Under the pieces are notes generated by a model, which was not told the DNA's origin, ran no database searches, and saw only the letters and a list, made by a program, of their open reading frames with translations. A DNA stretch of 61,171 nucleotides, taken from assembly GCA_049322255.1 (NCBI GenBank), contig JBMORE010000170.1, positions 1 to 61,171 on the forward strand, read 5' to 3'. The translations under genes were made by a program, and so were the position numbers. Shown here piece by piece: positions 8,727 to 19,239 of this stretch; the first letter of the stretch is position 1, and every line of letters starts with the position of its first letter. This DNA is from Myxococcota bacterium. Its GTDB lineage: Bacteria > Myxococcota > Myxococcia > Myxococcales > Myxococcaceae.

Positions 8727-10622
8727 ATGAAGCCGATGCGACTGGTGAAGCTGGGGCTTTCCAGCCTCGATACGACAGTGGGCGCCTTCGCCGCCAACGT
8801 GAATCAGGCGATTGCCGTCGCCCAGCGCATGGCGAACGAGCAGGTGACGGTGGGAGCCTTCCAGGAGCAGCTGGTGGGCGGCTACCCGCCGGAGGACTTG
8901 GTGCAGTGGCAGGGCTTCGTCGAGCGCCAGTGGAGCGAGCTGTTGCGCTTCGCCGAACAGACGCGCGCGCTGCCCACGGTGTTCGTGCTCGGGGTGGCCG
9001 TCTCACACCAAGGGCTTCGCTACAACTGCGCGGCGGTGGTGGCGGGGGGCAAGGTGCGCGGGCTGGTGCCCAAGGAGAAGCTGCCCACCTACAGCGTCTT
9101 CTACGAAGGGCGGGTGTTCTCCCGCGGCTACCCGGGAATGAACGAGCTCCACCGCGGGGTGCCGCTGGGCGATTGGCTGTTCCGCTTCGACTTCGGCACC
9201 CTGGCGGCCGAGGTGTGCGAGGACATTTGGAGCGCCGACGGGCCGATTCGGCGGCGGGCCTACTCGGGGGCGGAGCTGGTGGTGAACCTCTCCGCCTCTC
9301 CTTTTCGCGTCGGGGTGGTGCAGACGCGGCGGGAGATGCTCGCCACCCGTGCGTCGGACCATCAGTGCACCCTCGCCTACGCCAACGCGGTGGGTGGCAA
9401 CGACGGGTTGGTCTTCGATGGCGGTGGTTACGTCAACCAAAACGGTAAGTGGGTGCTGGAGGCGCCCCGCTTTGTGCAGGGCTTTTCCACCGCCGTCGTC
9501 GACCTGGATCGCACCGCGCGCCTGCGCTCGGAGAACACCACCTGGCGGGTGGACCAAGAGGCGTACGCCGCCGTCCAAGGGAAGGTGCCCACGCTCGAGG
9601 TATCGCCCTCGGAATTCACCTCCGCGCGTTCGGGGTTGACCTATCCGGTGCCCACGCACCGAAGCTTTTTTCTCCCGCCGCCCCTTTTGTCGCGTCCCCC
9701 CCGCGAAGAGCTGTGTGAAGACATTCTCGACGCGCTCGCCTTGGGGGTGGGCGACTACTTCGAGAAGAACCACTTTCGGAGCATCGGCATCGCCCTCTCC
9801 GGCGGGCGCGACTCCTTGCTCACCCTGCTCATCGCCCACCGCTACGCGAAGAAGGCCCGGCCGGAAAACCCCGGCTCGCTCATCTACGCCTTCTACATGC
9901 CCAGCCGATATTCCTCGAAGCAGACCCAAGAGGCGGCCGAGACCATTGCTCGCGAGCTGGGGGTCGTTTTCCAGGTGGTGTCCATCGACGAAGCGTTCGA
10001 GCGGGAGCTTTCCGCGGCGCGCAAGATGCTGGGAGAGCAACCGGTGAGTCCCGTCACCGAGCAGAACATTCAGGCCCGCCTGCGCGCGGCCCGCATGTGG
10101 AACTGGGCCAACTCCTCGGGCGGGCTTTTCTTACAGACGGGAAACATGAGCGAGAAAGCGGTGGGCTACACCACCATCGGAGGGGACTTGATGGGGGCGC
10201 TGGCGGTCATCGCCAACGTGCCCAAGACGGTGGTGATGTTTTTGCTCGAGTACTTGCACGAGAAGCACGGCTACCAGGGCATTGCGCTGGCCACCGCGCG
10301 GCCCGCAGGCCCGGAGCTCGCTTTCGACCAAGTGGGAGAAGAAGAGCTGATGCCCTTCCCCATCCTCGACGCCTGCTTTCACCTCTTCGCCGGAGAGAAG
10401 CTTTTGCCTTCCGAGCTGGTCGAGGTGCTGGTCACCCTGTTCCCCGAGCTGCCCCGCGAAAAGCTCGCCGGGTACGTGGACAAGTTCGTGCGGCTCTTCA
10501 TGCAGTCCATCTACAAGTGGGTGCAGTCGCCGCTGTCTTTGCACATCGGCAACCTGGACTTGGACCGCGAGCGGGCGCTGCAGCTGCCGGTGGTGACGGA
10601 CGCCGATTGGAGAAGAAGCTAG
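8727..10622 (+). CDS. nadE: Glutamine-dependent NAD+ synthetase
   Basis: Nitrilase domain (QE, PKEKLPTY, VCEDIW) plus SGGRDS, QNIQARLR, TGNMSE. Confidence 0.95.
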   Translation: MKPMRLVKLGLSSLDTTVGAFAANVNQAIAVAQRMANEQVTVGAFQEQLVGGYPPEDLVQWQGFVERQWSELLRFAEQTRALPTVFVLGVAVSHQGLRYNCAAVVAGGKVRGLVPKEKLPTYSVFYEGRVFSRGYPGMNELHRGVPLGDWLFRFDFGTLAAEVCEDIWSADGPIRRRAYSGAELVVNLSASPFRVGVVQTRREMLATRASDHQCTLAYANAVGGNDGLVFDGGGYVNQNGKWVLEAPRFVQGFSTAVVDLDRTARLRSENTTWRVDQEAYAAVQGKVPTLEVSPSEFTSARSGLTYPVPTHRSFFLPPPLLSRPPREELCEDILDALALGVGDYFEKNHFRSIGIALSGGRDSLLTLLIAHRYAKKARPENPGSLIYAFYMPSRYSSKQTQEAAETIARELGVVFQVVSIDEAFERELSAARKMLGEQPVSPVTEQNIQARLRAARMWNWANSSGGLFLQTGNMSEKAVGYTTIGGDLMGALAVIANVPKTVVMFLLEYLHEKHGYQGIALATARPAGPELAFDQVGEEELMPFPILDACFHLFAGEKLLPSELVEVLVTLFPELPREKLAGYVDKFVRLFMQSIYKWVQSPLSLHIGNLDLDRERALQLPVVTDADWRRS

Positions 10623-10665
10623 GGTATACTTTTGCGCGAAAGCTCAAAGCGAAGGAGGCGTTGCG

Positions 10666-11100
10666 ATGGCTTGGAATTCAGTGGGGGGAAAAGTCGCCGC
10701 CGGGGCCGCTTCTCCCAAAAAAACTCAGGATCCCGTGGGGGAGTTTCGTGCGTTGGTGGAGCAGCACCGTTCGGCCACGAGCGATCGGCGCTTCAATGCA
10801 TATACGACCATGGTGCTGATGGATGCAGCTGTTCGCGCCATCGGAAACGCTCGCTCCCCTCAAGAGGCGCGTGAAATTGGAACGATGTTCCGCCAAGAGG
10901 TGATGAACGCGGTCAACTTCGACGTCCATGCCTCCCTTTCGCTGGACGACCACCCGATTCACCAGGCGCTGTGCGAATTTTTACCCTCCAAGGCTTGGTC
11001 CCCCACCCGGCCGGACCCCAGCTGGGCCGACTACGTCGACGCCTTCACCAAGTTCCAATTCGCTCGCGGTGCCGCCTTGGCCCCCAGCGAGCCGAAGTAG
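10666..11100 (+). CDS. Hypothetical protein
   Basis: 144-aa ORF with AGGAGG RBS that fills the intergenic space. Confidence 0.65.
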   Translation: MAWNSVGGKVAAGAASPKKTQDPVGEFRALVEQHRSATSDRRFNAYTTMVLMDAAVRAIGNARSPQEAREIGTMFRQEVMNAVNFDVHASLSLDDHPIHQALCEFLPSKAWSPTRPDPSWADYVDAFTKFQFARGAALAPSEPK

Positions 11101-11103
11101 GCT

Positions 11104-11607
11104 TTAGCGGCTGGCCACCCCGTCACGGCCTCCCTGCTTCACTCGCAAGCATGCCGCCTCCGCCGCCTCGAGCAAGTTGAGCGAAGGCTCGCTGGCGCGC
11201 AAGGCCGCCACCCCCACGGAGACGGTGAGGCGGAAGTCTCCGAAGGCCGAGGCGTGCCTCGTCTGTGGCGCCGCCTGGCGAATGCGCTCGGCGAGGTGGC
11301 GCGCGCTGTCCAGCCCGATGCCGGGCAGCACCACCGCGAGCTCGTCGCCTCCTACTCGCCCGATGGGCCCCTTGCCGTCGACGACCTCAGATACCTTGGC
11401 CGCCAAGTGTCCCAGCGCCACGTCGAGCGCATCGCGCCCGTGGAGGTCGTTGAGCTCCTGCAAGTCATCGACGTCGAGCACCAGCACCGAGAGCGCGCGC
11501 CGCTGCTGTTTGGCCGCTCGCACCGCCAACGTCAGCTCCGTCTCCAGCCGCCCGCGTTTGAAGGCGCCGGTGAGCAAATCGACGTCGGCGGAGAGCTCGT
11601 CCTTCAT
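11104..11607 (-). CDS. Stand-alone GGDEF domain protein (GGDEL variant)
   Basis: DLLTG, LDVDDLQELNDLHG, GRVGGDEL, LTVSVGVA, KQGGRD. Confidence 0.9.
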   Translation of the reverse strand: MKDELSADVDLLTGAFKRGRLETELTLAVRAAKQQRRALSVLVLDVDDLQELNDLHGRDALDVALGHLAAKVSEVVDGKGPIGRVGGDELAVVLPGIGLDSARHLAERIRQAAPQTRHASAFGDFRLTVSVGVAALRASEPSLNLLEAAEAACLRVKQGGRDGVASR

Positions 11608-12224
11608 ATTCCGCTGGCTCGCTGTGTCTTGGCGTGCGCTTTGTCCCAGCCGTCGTAATAGCGCACGGCCTCCTCGCCGATGCGCTGCAGGTGCTGGCTG
11701 TTCATGTACGCCGACAGGGGTGCGGCGGCCAGCGGCACCGCCTTGCCCAGGGTGCCAAGCCCGCTTCTTTCCAAAAGCTTGCCGGCGAGCCTACCCATCA
11801 CCTTCGGTCCCGAGCGCTGCAAGGGGCCGATGCCGTGGGCGTAGCCGTACAAGTCGAGCAGCTCGGCGCGCGCCCGCTCTGATTTTAGATTCACCTTGTA
11901 GAGGGTAGCGACGTCCACCAGAAGCACCAGCTCCAGCCACGCGGTGACCAGGAGGTCGGCCGGCACGCTGAAGAGCCCGAAGACGCCGCTCACCCCGCCC
12001 ACCATGCTGGCAAGCCCCTTCTTGCCGTCGATGAGCCGCTGGGCCAACTCGCGCACGTCGGCCGAGGGGTAGCGGCGGGAGAGCTCGTCGACCCGCTCGC
12101 GGGAACGGGAGATTTCCCTCGTCACCAGCGCCGAGAGGCGGGCGTGCGCCAGGATGCGCAGGTGCCGCGGGGAGAGTTTTTTGAGCAGCTGGAGCCGCTC
12201 GGTGAGGGCGTCGTAAAAGGCCAT
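11604..12224 (-). CDS. EcsC family protein
   Basis: GGVSGVFGLFSVPADL...VATLY and LGKAVPLAAAP motifs. Confidence 0.75.
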   Translation of the reverse strand: MAFYDALTERLQLLKKLSPRHLRILAHARLSALVTREISRSRERVDELSRRYPSADVRELAQRLIDGKKGLASMVGGVSGVFGLFSVPADLLVTAWLELVLLVDVATLYKVNLKSERARAELLDLYGYAHGIGPLQRSGPKVMGRLAGKLLERSGLGTLGKAVPLAAAPLSAYMNSQHLQRIGEEAVRYYDGWDKAHAKTQRASGI

Positions 12225-12225
12225 G

Positions 12226-12660
12226 TCAGTACCCATTATCGGCGAGGTAGAGGTCGACCAGCGCCCCTTCCTCGAACCACACCTGGTACTGAACTTTGGT
12301 GAACCAGCGTGATTCCGGACGGGCCTCGCGAATCTCGAGGAGCACCTGGTTGGTGCCGGTGTCCACCACCGCCGCGCGCGCCAGGCACGCCGCACCCGGC
12401 TGCTGGCCGAAGCCGCCCTCCAGGCAGACCTCGTCACCGGGAGCGAGCTTGCGGGCGTACGTCTGCGCCAAGCCCTTCGCTTCATCGCAGTGTGGCCGTA
12501 CCGAGGAGGTGCCGTGGGCCATACACCGGTCTTGGCGCGGTGCCTTCACCTGTTCGGGCAGGGAGTCGAAGAGCGTTCCTCCGCCCCGTTCATGCCGCAC
12601 CCGGTCATCGTGGATGCAGGCGGCGGCGAAGAGCGCTCCGAGGAGGAGCGCCCACTTCAT
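12226..12660 (-). CDS. Hypothetical lipoprotein
   Basis: Lipobox FAAAC; coupled to neighbouring genes. Confidence 0.75.
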   Translation of the reverse strand: MKWALLLGALFAAACIHDDRVRHERGGGTLFDSLPEQVKAPRQDRCMAHGTSSVRPHCDEAKGLAQTYARKLAPGDEVCLEGGFGQQPGAACLARAAVVDTGTNQVLLEIREARPESRWFTKVQYQVWFEEGALVDLYLADNGY

Positions 12661-12992
12661 GGCGCCCCCTTCGACGAGGAACGGAGGAAGGAGGACAGGC
12701 GGGCCTCATCAGACGGCTGCATGTCGAGGAAACGAACACCCATGCCGAACGATTTCTGATCCGGCACGTTCACCACCTCGCCTTGGCAGACAACAGGAGC
12801 GTCGCCCGGCAGTCGCACGGTGATGGTGACCTGCGCTCCCACCGGCAAGGGAATGGCCTTGTCGAAGAAGGCGCCTCCCAGGGAGAGGTCCTGAGTGGAG
12901 TAGAGCAAAAAACCGCGCTCGCCGTGCAGCTCCACCGGTACCGCGACGGCCACTCGCTCTGCCTGGCGCCGTTCGAGGGAGGACGGATCCAA
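12657..12992 (-). CDS. Single-domain PilZ protein
   Basis: RQAER (RxxxR) and DLSLGG (DxSxxG). Confidence 0.88.
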   Translation of the reverse strand: MDPSSLERRQAERVAVAVPVELHGERGFLLYSTQDLSLGGAFFDKAIPLPVGAQVTITVRLPGDAPVVCQGEVVNVPDQKSFGMGVRFLDMQPSDEARLSSFLRSSSKGAP

Positions 12993-12995
12993 AGC

Positions 12996-13451
12996 CTAAG
13001 CGCTACGGGCGGCGAGGAATTTGTGAATGCGTCGCACCGCCTCCACCGAGGGGTTACGGAACGCCAGCCGCATTCCGCCGCGCGCGTCGTACGTACCCAC
13101 CACCTCCGCGTCCACCTCGATGGGCGTGCCCACTTCGTCGGGCAGCTGGAGCACCAGCTTGACCTTGGTGCCCAGCTCGTGCGCGTAGCCCTGGCGGGCG
13201 GAAAGCCCGAAGGTGGACAGGTCGGTGGTGATGCGGAAGTAGCGCGAGGTGCCCACCCGCTCTTCCCACTCGAGCTCCACCGCCACCCGGGGTGTGGCCC
13301 GTCTTTCCCGCTGGCGGTCGAGAGTGCGCTTTTTCAGGTCCTCGAACAAACGCAGAAGCGTGCTCTCAGGCAACCGCTCTGATGGCTCCGGGGTTTGGCG
13401 TGGCCGGGGAGCGATGACTGGTAAAGGCGCGAAATCACCCGTGGAGGTCAT
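12996..13451 (-). CDS. PilZ domain protein with an N-terminal extension
   Basis: RATPR and DLSTFG. Confidence 0.82.
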   Translation of the reverse strand: MTSTGDFAPLPVIAPRPRQTPEPSERLPESTLLRLFEDLKKRTLDRQRERRATPRVAVELEWEERVGTSRYFRITTDLSTFGLSARQGYAHELGTKVKLVLQLPDEVGTPIEVDAEVVGTYDARGGMRLAFRNPSVEAVRRIHKFLAARSA

Positions 13452-13501
13452 GTGTGTGCCGTCCTCACCTGGGATTATCGCTGGGGGTTGGAAAGGGTTG
13501 T

Positions 13502-14329
13502 TTAGCGACGGAAGCTCAGGTTTTGGCTGAAGTTGACGGGAATGGCCACGCCCCCGGAGTGGATCTGCCCGTTGAAGGCCACCTGGCCGGCTCCGGAGCG
13601 CAGGGCGGTCGCTGCCTTTGCCGCGGAGAGAAAGTTGATGTTCACCGGCAAGGTGACCGAACGGGTGCCCTTGCCCGGCAGCGCGCCCAGGTTGCCGGAG
13701 GAGACCGAGCCGACGGTGGCTCCGGCGATGCTCACGCTGCCGCCCAGGCCCTGAACGGGGAGCTCAAAGGAGTTGCGGTTGGTGACGGTGAGAGGCACCT
13801 CCACGGTGGCGCCGGAGAGGGTGAGTTGGGTGATGCGCGGCGGGGCGAGGGCGACCTGGGGAATCTTGGGCACCTCGAACTGGTCCTCGCGCTCGAGGGG
13901 AAATTTGAGAATACCGATGGGGGTGTTGATGCCCACGTGCCCTTGCGCGCGGTAGGTGGCGTAGTCCTTGGTGAGGAAGGTCTGCACCACCGGGGCGATG
14001 TCGGCGAACTTGATGTTCGCGGGGAAGACCAGCCGGGCGCTGCCTCTTGCGGGGATTTGCAGCCCGTTGGGCGGCTGGCCGGCCACCACCTGCTTGCCGT
14101 CGACGAAGAGGGCGTAGTCGACCTCGGCGAGCGACAACCCGAAGGAGTTGGGATTGTCCAACGCGTAGGTGAGTTGGAGCGTCAGACCCGACAGGGCGAC
14201 GTCCGCCAGTTGTGCCGAATGGAAACGCAAGGTGGGCTTTTGAAAGGCGCTGGCAAAGAACTTGGAGAGCGCCGCGCACCCGCTCGAGGCGAGGACGGCG
14301 AAAGTGAGAAGGAGAAGGGACTTTTTCAT
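13502..14329 (-). CDS. LEA type 2 / WHy tandem-domain lipoprotein
   Basis: Lipobox SSGC; two NPN/NRNSF WHy motifs. Confidence 0.85.
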   Translation of the reverse strand: MKKSLLLLTFAVLASSGCAALSKFFASAFQKPTLRFHSAQLADVALSGLTLQLTYALDNPNSFGLSLAEVDYALFVDGKQVVAGQPPNGLQIPARGSARLVFPANIKFADIAPVVQTFLTKDYATYRAQGHVGINTPIGILKFPLEREDQFEVPKIPQVALAPPRITQLTLSGATVEVPLTVTNRNSFELPVQGLGGSVSIAGATVGSVSSGNLGALPGKGTRSVTLPVNINFLSAAKAATALRSGAGQVAFNGQIHSGGVAIPVNFSQNLSFRR

Positions 14330-14407
14330 GGCGAAGTTGACGGTGCCGAACGGCCGGTAGAGCCGAAAATTCAGTGGGGGTGGTCGCGGGGCCGCCGCAG
14401 GCGCATC

Positions 14408-14662
14408 ATGAAGGCGATGGGCCTGATGCGCCAGGACGAGATTGGCCGTTGCGCGTTGATTGACGTGCTCGAGGAGGCAGTCTTACGCGCGCGGCCGGTG
14501 GCGGTGACCTTGCGGGGAGGCACGTCGTTCATCGACCGAGTGGTGGACGTGGTGACAGAGCGGGGCGACGATTTCGCCGTCTTCGCCACCCACGAGCGGG
14601 TGCGTGTGGGTGACATCGCCGGACTGACCCGTGCCCCAGCGGCGCCCCAGCGTCCCTGTTAG
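14408..14662 (+). CDS. Small protein, possibly Rof (Rho-binding antiterminator)-like
   Basis: IGRCALIDVLEEAVLRARPVAVTLRGG pattern; start could be 14408, 14417 or 14426. Confidence 0.55.
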   Translation: MKAMGLMRQDEIGRCALIDVLEEAVLRARPVAVTLRGGTSFIDRVVDVVTERGDDFAVFATHERVRVGDIAGLTRAPAAPQRPC

Positions 14663-14672
14663 CTTCGTGCGC

Positions 14673-15734
14673 ATGACGCCCCCCGCCGCCCGTCTGCCTC
14701 CGGCGCCTTCCCACGTCACCAACGAAGATGGACATCCGCGCTTCGGCACCTACATGGGGAGCATCGACGAGGTCGACCTCTCCCGCCTCGCTGGGCCTTA
14801 CCACCTGTCGCTCCCGCAGCGTCTGCTCAAGCACAAGCGCTGGCTCTTCACCTTCATGTCCACCCCCGAGGTCATCGCCGTCTGTGCGATATCCGACCTC
14901 ACCTACACCGCCAACGCCTTCACCGTGGTGGTGGACTTGAAGGACAAGAAAGTGGTGGCCGACGAGAGCTTCATGGGGCTTCCGGGTCCGTGGGCGGAGG
15001 TGGGCAACCGCCCCTCCGAAGGCCTGCGCGCCCGCTTTCGCGCCCCCGGCGCCCGCTTCGGCGTGGTGCGCCCCGAAGGCAGCGAGCGGGTTCACCTGGG
15101 CGTCGAACGCACCCGACGCTTGCCTTTTTCGAAGCCGAGCCTTTCCTGGAAGGGAGACTTGCTCGCGGTGGGAGGGCCGCCGCCGCTCACCGTCGTCTCT
15201 CCGGTCCTCCAAGACGGAGTGGTGAACGTCACCCAGAAGTGGGCCGGGCTGCTCGCCTTCGGGGAGCTTTCCACCCAAGGGCGTCGCTACCGACTCGACG
15301 GCGGGGTGGGCGGGATGGACTACACCCAGGGCTACCTCGCACGCCGCACCAGCTGGCGCTGGGCCTTCGCCAACGGCCGCCTGGACGATGGGACTCCCAT
15401 CGGCCTCAACCTGGTCGAGGGCTTCAACGACACCCCTGAGGCGAACGAGAACGCGGTGTGGATGGGCAAGGAGCTTTTTCCCGTGGGCCGTGCGTGTTTT
15501 GCGTACGACCCGCGCGAAGTCCTCGACGAGTGGAGGGTGGCGACCGTCGACGGGGCGCTCGACCTCGCCTTCCGCCCCTACGGCGCACACCGTGAGGAGC
15601 GCGACTACAAGGTGGTGAAAAGCTACTTCGCCCAACCGGTGGGAGTCTTCGAAGGGCGAATCCGCGTCGGCGGCCGCGAATTGCGGGTCAGCGAACTGCC
15701 AGGGGTGACGGAGGACCAGGACATTCTCTGGTAG
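14673..15734 (+). CDS. DUF2804 family protein
   Basis: KRW, DYTQGYLARRTSWRWA, GLNLVEGFN, ENAVW, FAQPVGVFEG, GVTEDQDILW. Confidence 0.8.
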   Translation: MTPPAARLPPAPSHVTNEDGHPRFGTYMGSIDEVDLSRLAGPYHLSLPQRLLKHKRWLFTFMSTPEVIAVCAISDLTYTANAFTVVVDLKDKKVVADESFMGLPGPWAEVGNRPSEGLRARFRAPGARFGVVRPEGSERVHLGVERTRRLPFSKPSLSWKGDLLAVGGPPPLTVVSPVLQDGVVNVTQKWAGLLAFGELSTQGRRYRLDGGVGGMDYTQGYLARRTSWRWAFANGRLDDGTPIGLNLVEGFNDTPEANENAVWMGKELFPVGRACFAYDPREVLDEWRVATVDGALDLAFRPYGAHREERDYKVVKSYFAQPVGVFEGRIRVGGRELRVSELPGVTEDQDILW

Positions 15735-15835
15735 GCGCCTGGCGCACACTCCTGCTGGGTGCAGATCGCCTCACGTCACGTTCTTGCCCCACCCCCGGGC
15801 GCACGTAAACAGGCTCAAGCTCCGGGAGTTTCGGT

Positions 15836-15851
15836 TGGTCACGGCGTTGCA
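15836..15851 (+). promoter_or_regulatory. Candidate sigma54 (-24/-12) promoter
   Basis: TGGTCACGGCGTTGCA (GG-N10-GC, TTGCA) 35 bp upstream of ATG 15887. Confidence 0.55.
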
Positions 15852-15886
15852 AAACGAACGACCGAACCTTCGCCCGGAGAGATTCC

Positions 15887-16387
15887 ATGATCCGCCGCTT
15901 GATGCTGCTCGCCGTGCTGCTGAATGGCTGTACGGAGCTCAATTCCTCCAACGTCGAACAAGGTTCCGAGGCGCTTCGGCCCGCTGGCGGGTCCAAAACC
16001 TCGTCGAGCTACGCGCTGCGCACCACCGCTCAGAAATCCACCAAGCCAACCTGGCAAAGCAGCTTTCCAATCAACTCTACCTACGACGTTCATTTCGCCT
16101 TCGAAGTGCCCTCGTCCGTCAAAGGACACCATGTGGCCACCGTGTTCGTTTTCATGCCCAACCTGTCCACCTACCAGCGGTTTGATCTTCCTTTTGCCAC
16201 CGACGTCGCAGCCTCCAGCGGAGAGCAGCAGGCGCAGAAGCTCTCCACGGGGTACCGGGTCTGGGCTTCGATGCCGGTCGCGGGTACCATCATCGAGCAG
16301 TATTCGCTCACCGGAGACTGGCGCGCCGACGCGTATTTGGACGGCGCGAGCACCGTCGCCGCCAAGGCCTCCTTCTCGCTGCAGTAA
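15887..16387 (+). CDS. Hypothetical lipoprotein
   Basis: Lipobox LNGC; GGAG RBS. Confidence 0.75.
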   Translation: MIRRLMLLAVLLNGCTELNSSNVEQGSEALRPAGGSKTSSSYALRTTAQKSTKPTWQSSFPINSTYDVHFAFEVPSSVKGHHVATVFVFMPNLSTYQRFDLPFATDVAASSGEQQAQKLSTGYRVWASMPVAGTIIEQYSLTGDWRADAYLDGASTVAAKASFSLQ

Positions 16388-16490
16388 ACGAGGGCCTCAG
16401 TGCATGTCAGATAAAACCATACCGACGGGGGTTTAGGCAGAATCTTGGCATCCTTGGGAATCTGGTTCAGAATGCCCGCCAAAGGGGAGT

Positions 16491-17808
16491 GTGGGTTTGC
16501 ACCTAGGGCGACCAACGTTGGTGGTGGTCGATGACGACGTTGGAGCGCGCGATGAAATCGTACGCTCCGCCGATGGCTGGAGCGTGTTGCACGCGGCCTC
16601 GGCTGACGAAGCCGAGTCGTTGATCAGCCAAAAGTCGATTCAGCTGATCTTCGCCGGTTCATTGGGTGGCTCGGCCGGAGTCGACCTGCTCCGACGCATT
16701 CGGCGAAACCAGCCCCAGGTGCGTCGGGTGCTGTTGTGGTCAGACACCGACCCCGACACCCTGTTCGCAGCAATCAACGCCGCCGAGGTCTTTCGCATCG
16801 TTCGCAAGCCCAGCTCTCAGGAGGAGATTCGAGCGGTTCTTCAGGCGGCCCTGGCGCACGCAAGCGAAATCGAAGCGGAGGTCGACCGACGGACCGAAAC
16901 CGTGACGCGCGGAAAACGCGAGTGGGAGGACACCTTCGACGCGATCCGCATGCCCATCACCATCGTCGGGCCCGACTTCTCGGTGGTTCGCGCCAACCGG
17001 GCCTGCGCCGACTTACGTGGTGAAGACATCAGACAGATTCCCGGTCAAAAGTGCTACGCGGCGTTGTTCGCCCGCTCCGAACCGTGCGAGCCCTGCGCCA
17101 TCCGAAAGCTCGACCAGGAGGGGGGGAGCAGCACGCAGGCGGAAATCAACGCATTGGGTCGCGACTTTCGCGCCGTCGCGTACCGGATGAAATCGAAGGA
17201 TTCGGTGGTGTGCTCCTACCAGGACATCACCGAGGAAAAGCGCCGAGTCGCCCACCAGGCGCACACTGAAAAGATGGTGGCGCTGGGTCAGCTCGCGGGC
17301 AGCGTGGCTCACGAAATCAACAACCCCATCGCCACGATNNNNNNNNNNNNNNNNNNNNNNNNNNNNNNNNNNNNNNNNNNNNNNNNNNNNNNNNNNNNNN
17401 NNNNNNNNNNNNNNNNNNNNNNNNNNNNNNNNNNNNNNTTTGCCTCGCATTCACGCCAACGGTGGCCAACTTCAGCAAGTGCTGTTGAACCTTCTGCAGA
17501 ATTCGTTGCAGGCGCTTCCTTCAGAGGCGGGCAAGATTTCCCTCACCGCCGGGGCCCTCGACGCAGAGCGGGTCTTCTTTCGGGTGTCGGATACCGGCAC
17601 GGGAATCAAGCCGGAGCACCTCCCGCGTATTTTCGAGCCCACCTTCACCACCAAACCAGCGGGGAAAGGAACCGGCTTCGGAATGGCGGTCGCCGATGCT
17701 ATTGTCCGCGAGCATGGCGGGTCGATTCACGTCGACAGCGAGGTCGGGCGTGGCACGCACATCGAGGTGCGGCTTCCGTGCAAATCAACGTCGTTTGAGC
17801 AGAAATAG
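16491..17808 (+). CDS. Hybrid sensor kinase (REC-like, PAS, HisKA, HATPase) interrupted by an assembly gap
   Basis: VVVDDD, WEDTFDAI, AHEINNP before the gap; QVLLNLLQNS, DTGTGI, GTGFGM after it. Confidence 0.85.
17339..17438. other. Assembly gap (100 N)
   Basis: N run. Confidence 1.
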
Positions 17809-17811
17809 GGA

Positions 17812-19239
17812 ATGAGCCCCAAGCCCAAGGTGCTCGTCGTCGACGACGAGGAAGCGCTGCTCAAAGCGTTGTCCATGGCGCTCACCCGCGCGGGTTGCGA
17901 GGTCGTCAGCCTCACCGATCCGATCGAGGCGTCGATCGCCGCCAAGGAGCGCGGCTTCGAGGTCGCCCTGCTCGACATCGCGTTGCCCAACCTGACGGGA
18001 ATCGACCTCCTCAAGGAAATCAAGAACACGAGGCCGGAGCTCGAGGTCATCATGATGACCGGCGACGCCACCGCCTCGACCGCCCTCGCCGCGGTGAAAG
18101 CGGGTGCCTACGACTACCTGACCAAGCCGTTCGAGAGCCTCGAGCATGTCGTCTTGACCGTGACCAAGGCGTGCGAGCGCAAGCGCATGCTCGATCGCAA
18201 CCGCATGCTCGAGGGCATGCTCGAGGCCAAGGAGCACTTCGAGGACTTCATCGGCCAAAGCCCCGCGATGACCTCGGTGTTCAAGCTCATCGAGGCGGTC
18301 GCCGCCTCCTCGGCGACGGTTCTCATTCGCGGGCAGAGCGGAACCGGCAAGGAGCTGGTGGCCCGGGCCATTCACCGCCTGAGCGCCCGTAAGAACAAGT
18401 CGTTTTTGGCCATCAACTGCTCAGCGCTCACCGACACCCTGCTGGAGAGCGAGCTTTTCGGTCACGTGAAGGGGGCTTTCACCGGAGCCGTGTCCAACGC
18501 CCAGGGGCTGTTCGCCGCCGCCGACGGAGGAACGCTGTTTCTCGACGAGATCGGCGACATCTCTCCTCAAACCCAGGTTCGGCTGCTTCGGGTGCTGCAA
18601 GAGGGAGAGGTGCGTCCGGTTGGCTCCCGAGAAGTCGTGCACGTCGATACCCGGGTCATTGCCGCGACCAACGTGAACCTCGAGGATGCCAAGGCGGAAG
18701 GCCGGTTCAGGGAAGACCTCTACTACCGCCTCAACGTCATCGTCATCGAGCTGCCGCCGCTCAAAGATCGGCTCGATGACATCCCGCTGCTCGCGCACCA
18801 CTTCGTCCGCAAGCACGCCGCCAAGATGGGCAAAGAGATCAGCGGGCTGAGCAACGACTTTCTGCAGGCCCTCATGAGCTACGCGTGGCCGGGAAACGTG
18901 CGCGAGCTGGAGAACGTCATCGAGCGCGCGGTGGTCTTCACCCCCGGCGGCTCCCTCTCTTCCGAGGTGCTGCCCGCCTCGTTCAAGTCCAGCGGCGTCG
19001 ACGACAGCCGCACCAGCCTGTCCCACCTGCCCTATGCGCGCGCCAAGGAGCTGGCCATGCGTGCGTTCGAACGGCGCTACCTCTCCACCCTCATGAACGA
19101 GTGTAAGGGGGTCATCTCGGCTGCCGCCCGCAAGGCCCAGCTGGACCGCTCGAATTTTCGCCGTCTGCTCAAGCAGCACGACATGGCGGGAAACCCCGAG
19201 TCCGAGAAGAACGAGGCGGAGGAGCTGCCACCCGGCTAA
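17812..19239 (+). CDS. NtrC-family sigma54 enhancer-binding response regulator
   Basis: [39 protein letters not shown]-terminal HTH. Confidence 0.95.
   Translation: MSPKPKVLVVDDEEALLKALSMALTRAGCEVVSLTDPIEASIAAKERGFEVALLDIALPNLTGIDLLKEIKNTRPELEVIMMTGDATASTALAAVKAGAYDYLTKPFESLEHVVLTVTKACERKRMLDRNRMLEGMLEAKEHFEDFIGQSPAMTSVFKLIEAVAASSATVLIRGQSGTGKELVARAIHRLSARKNKSFLAINCSALTDTLLESELFGHVKGAFTGAVSNAQGLFAAADGGTLFLDEIGDISPQTQVRLLRVLQEGEVRPVGSREVVHVDTRVIAATNVNLEDAKAEGRFREDLYYRLNVIVIELPPLKDRLDDIPLLAHHFVRKHAAKMGKEISGLSNDFLQALMSYAWPGNVRELENVIERAVVFTPGGSLSSEVLPASFKSSGVDDSRTSLSHLPYARAKELAMRAFERRYLSTLMNECKGVISAAARKAQLDRSNFRRLLKQHDMAGNPESEKNEAEELPPG

Noticed and set aside
15740..15756. TGGCGC...CTGCT sigma54-like motif
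   Set aside because: GG-GC spacing is 11 nt rather than 10.
17339..17438. Apparent frameshift in the hybrid kinase (and in the LysM gene at 47077-47176)
   Set aside because: Caused by 100-N placeholder gaps of unknown true length.
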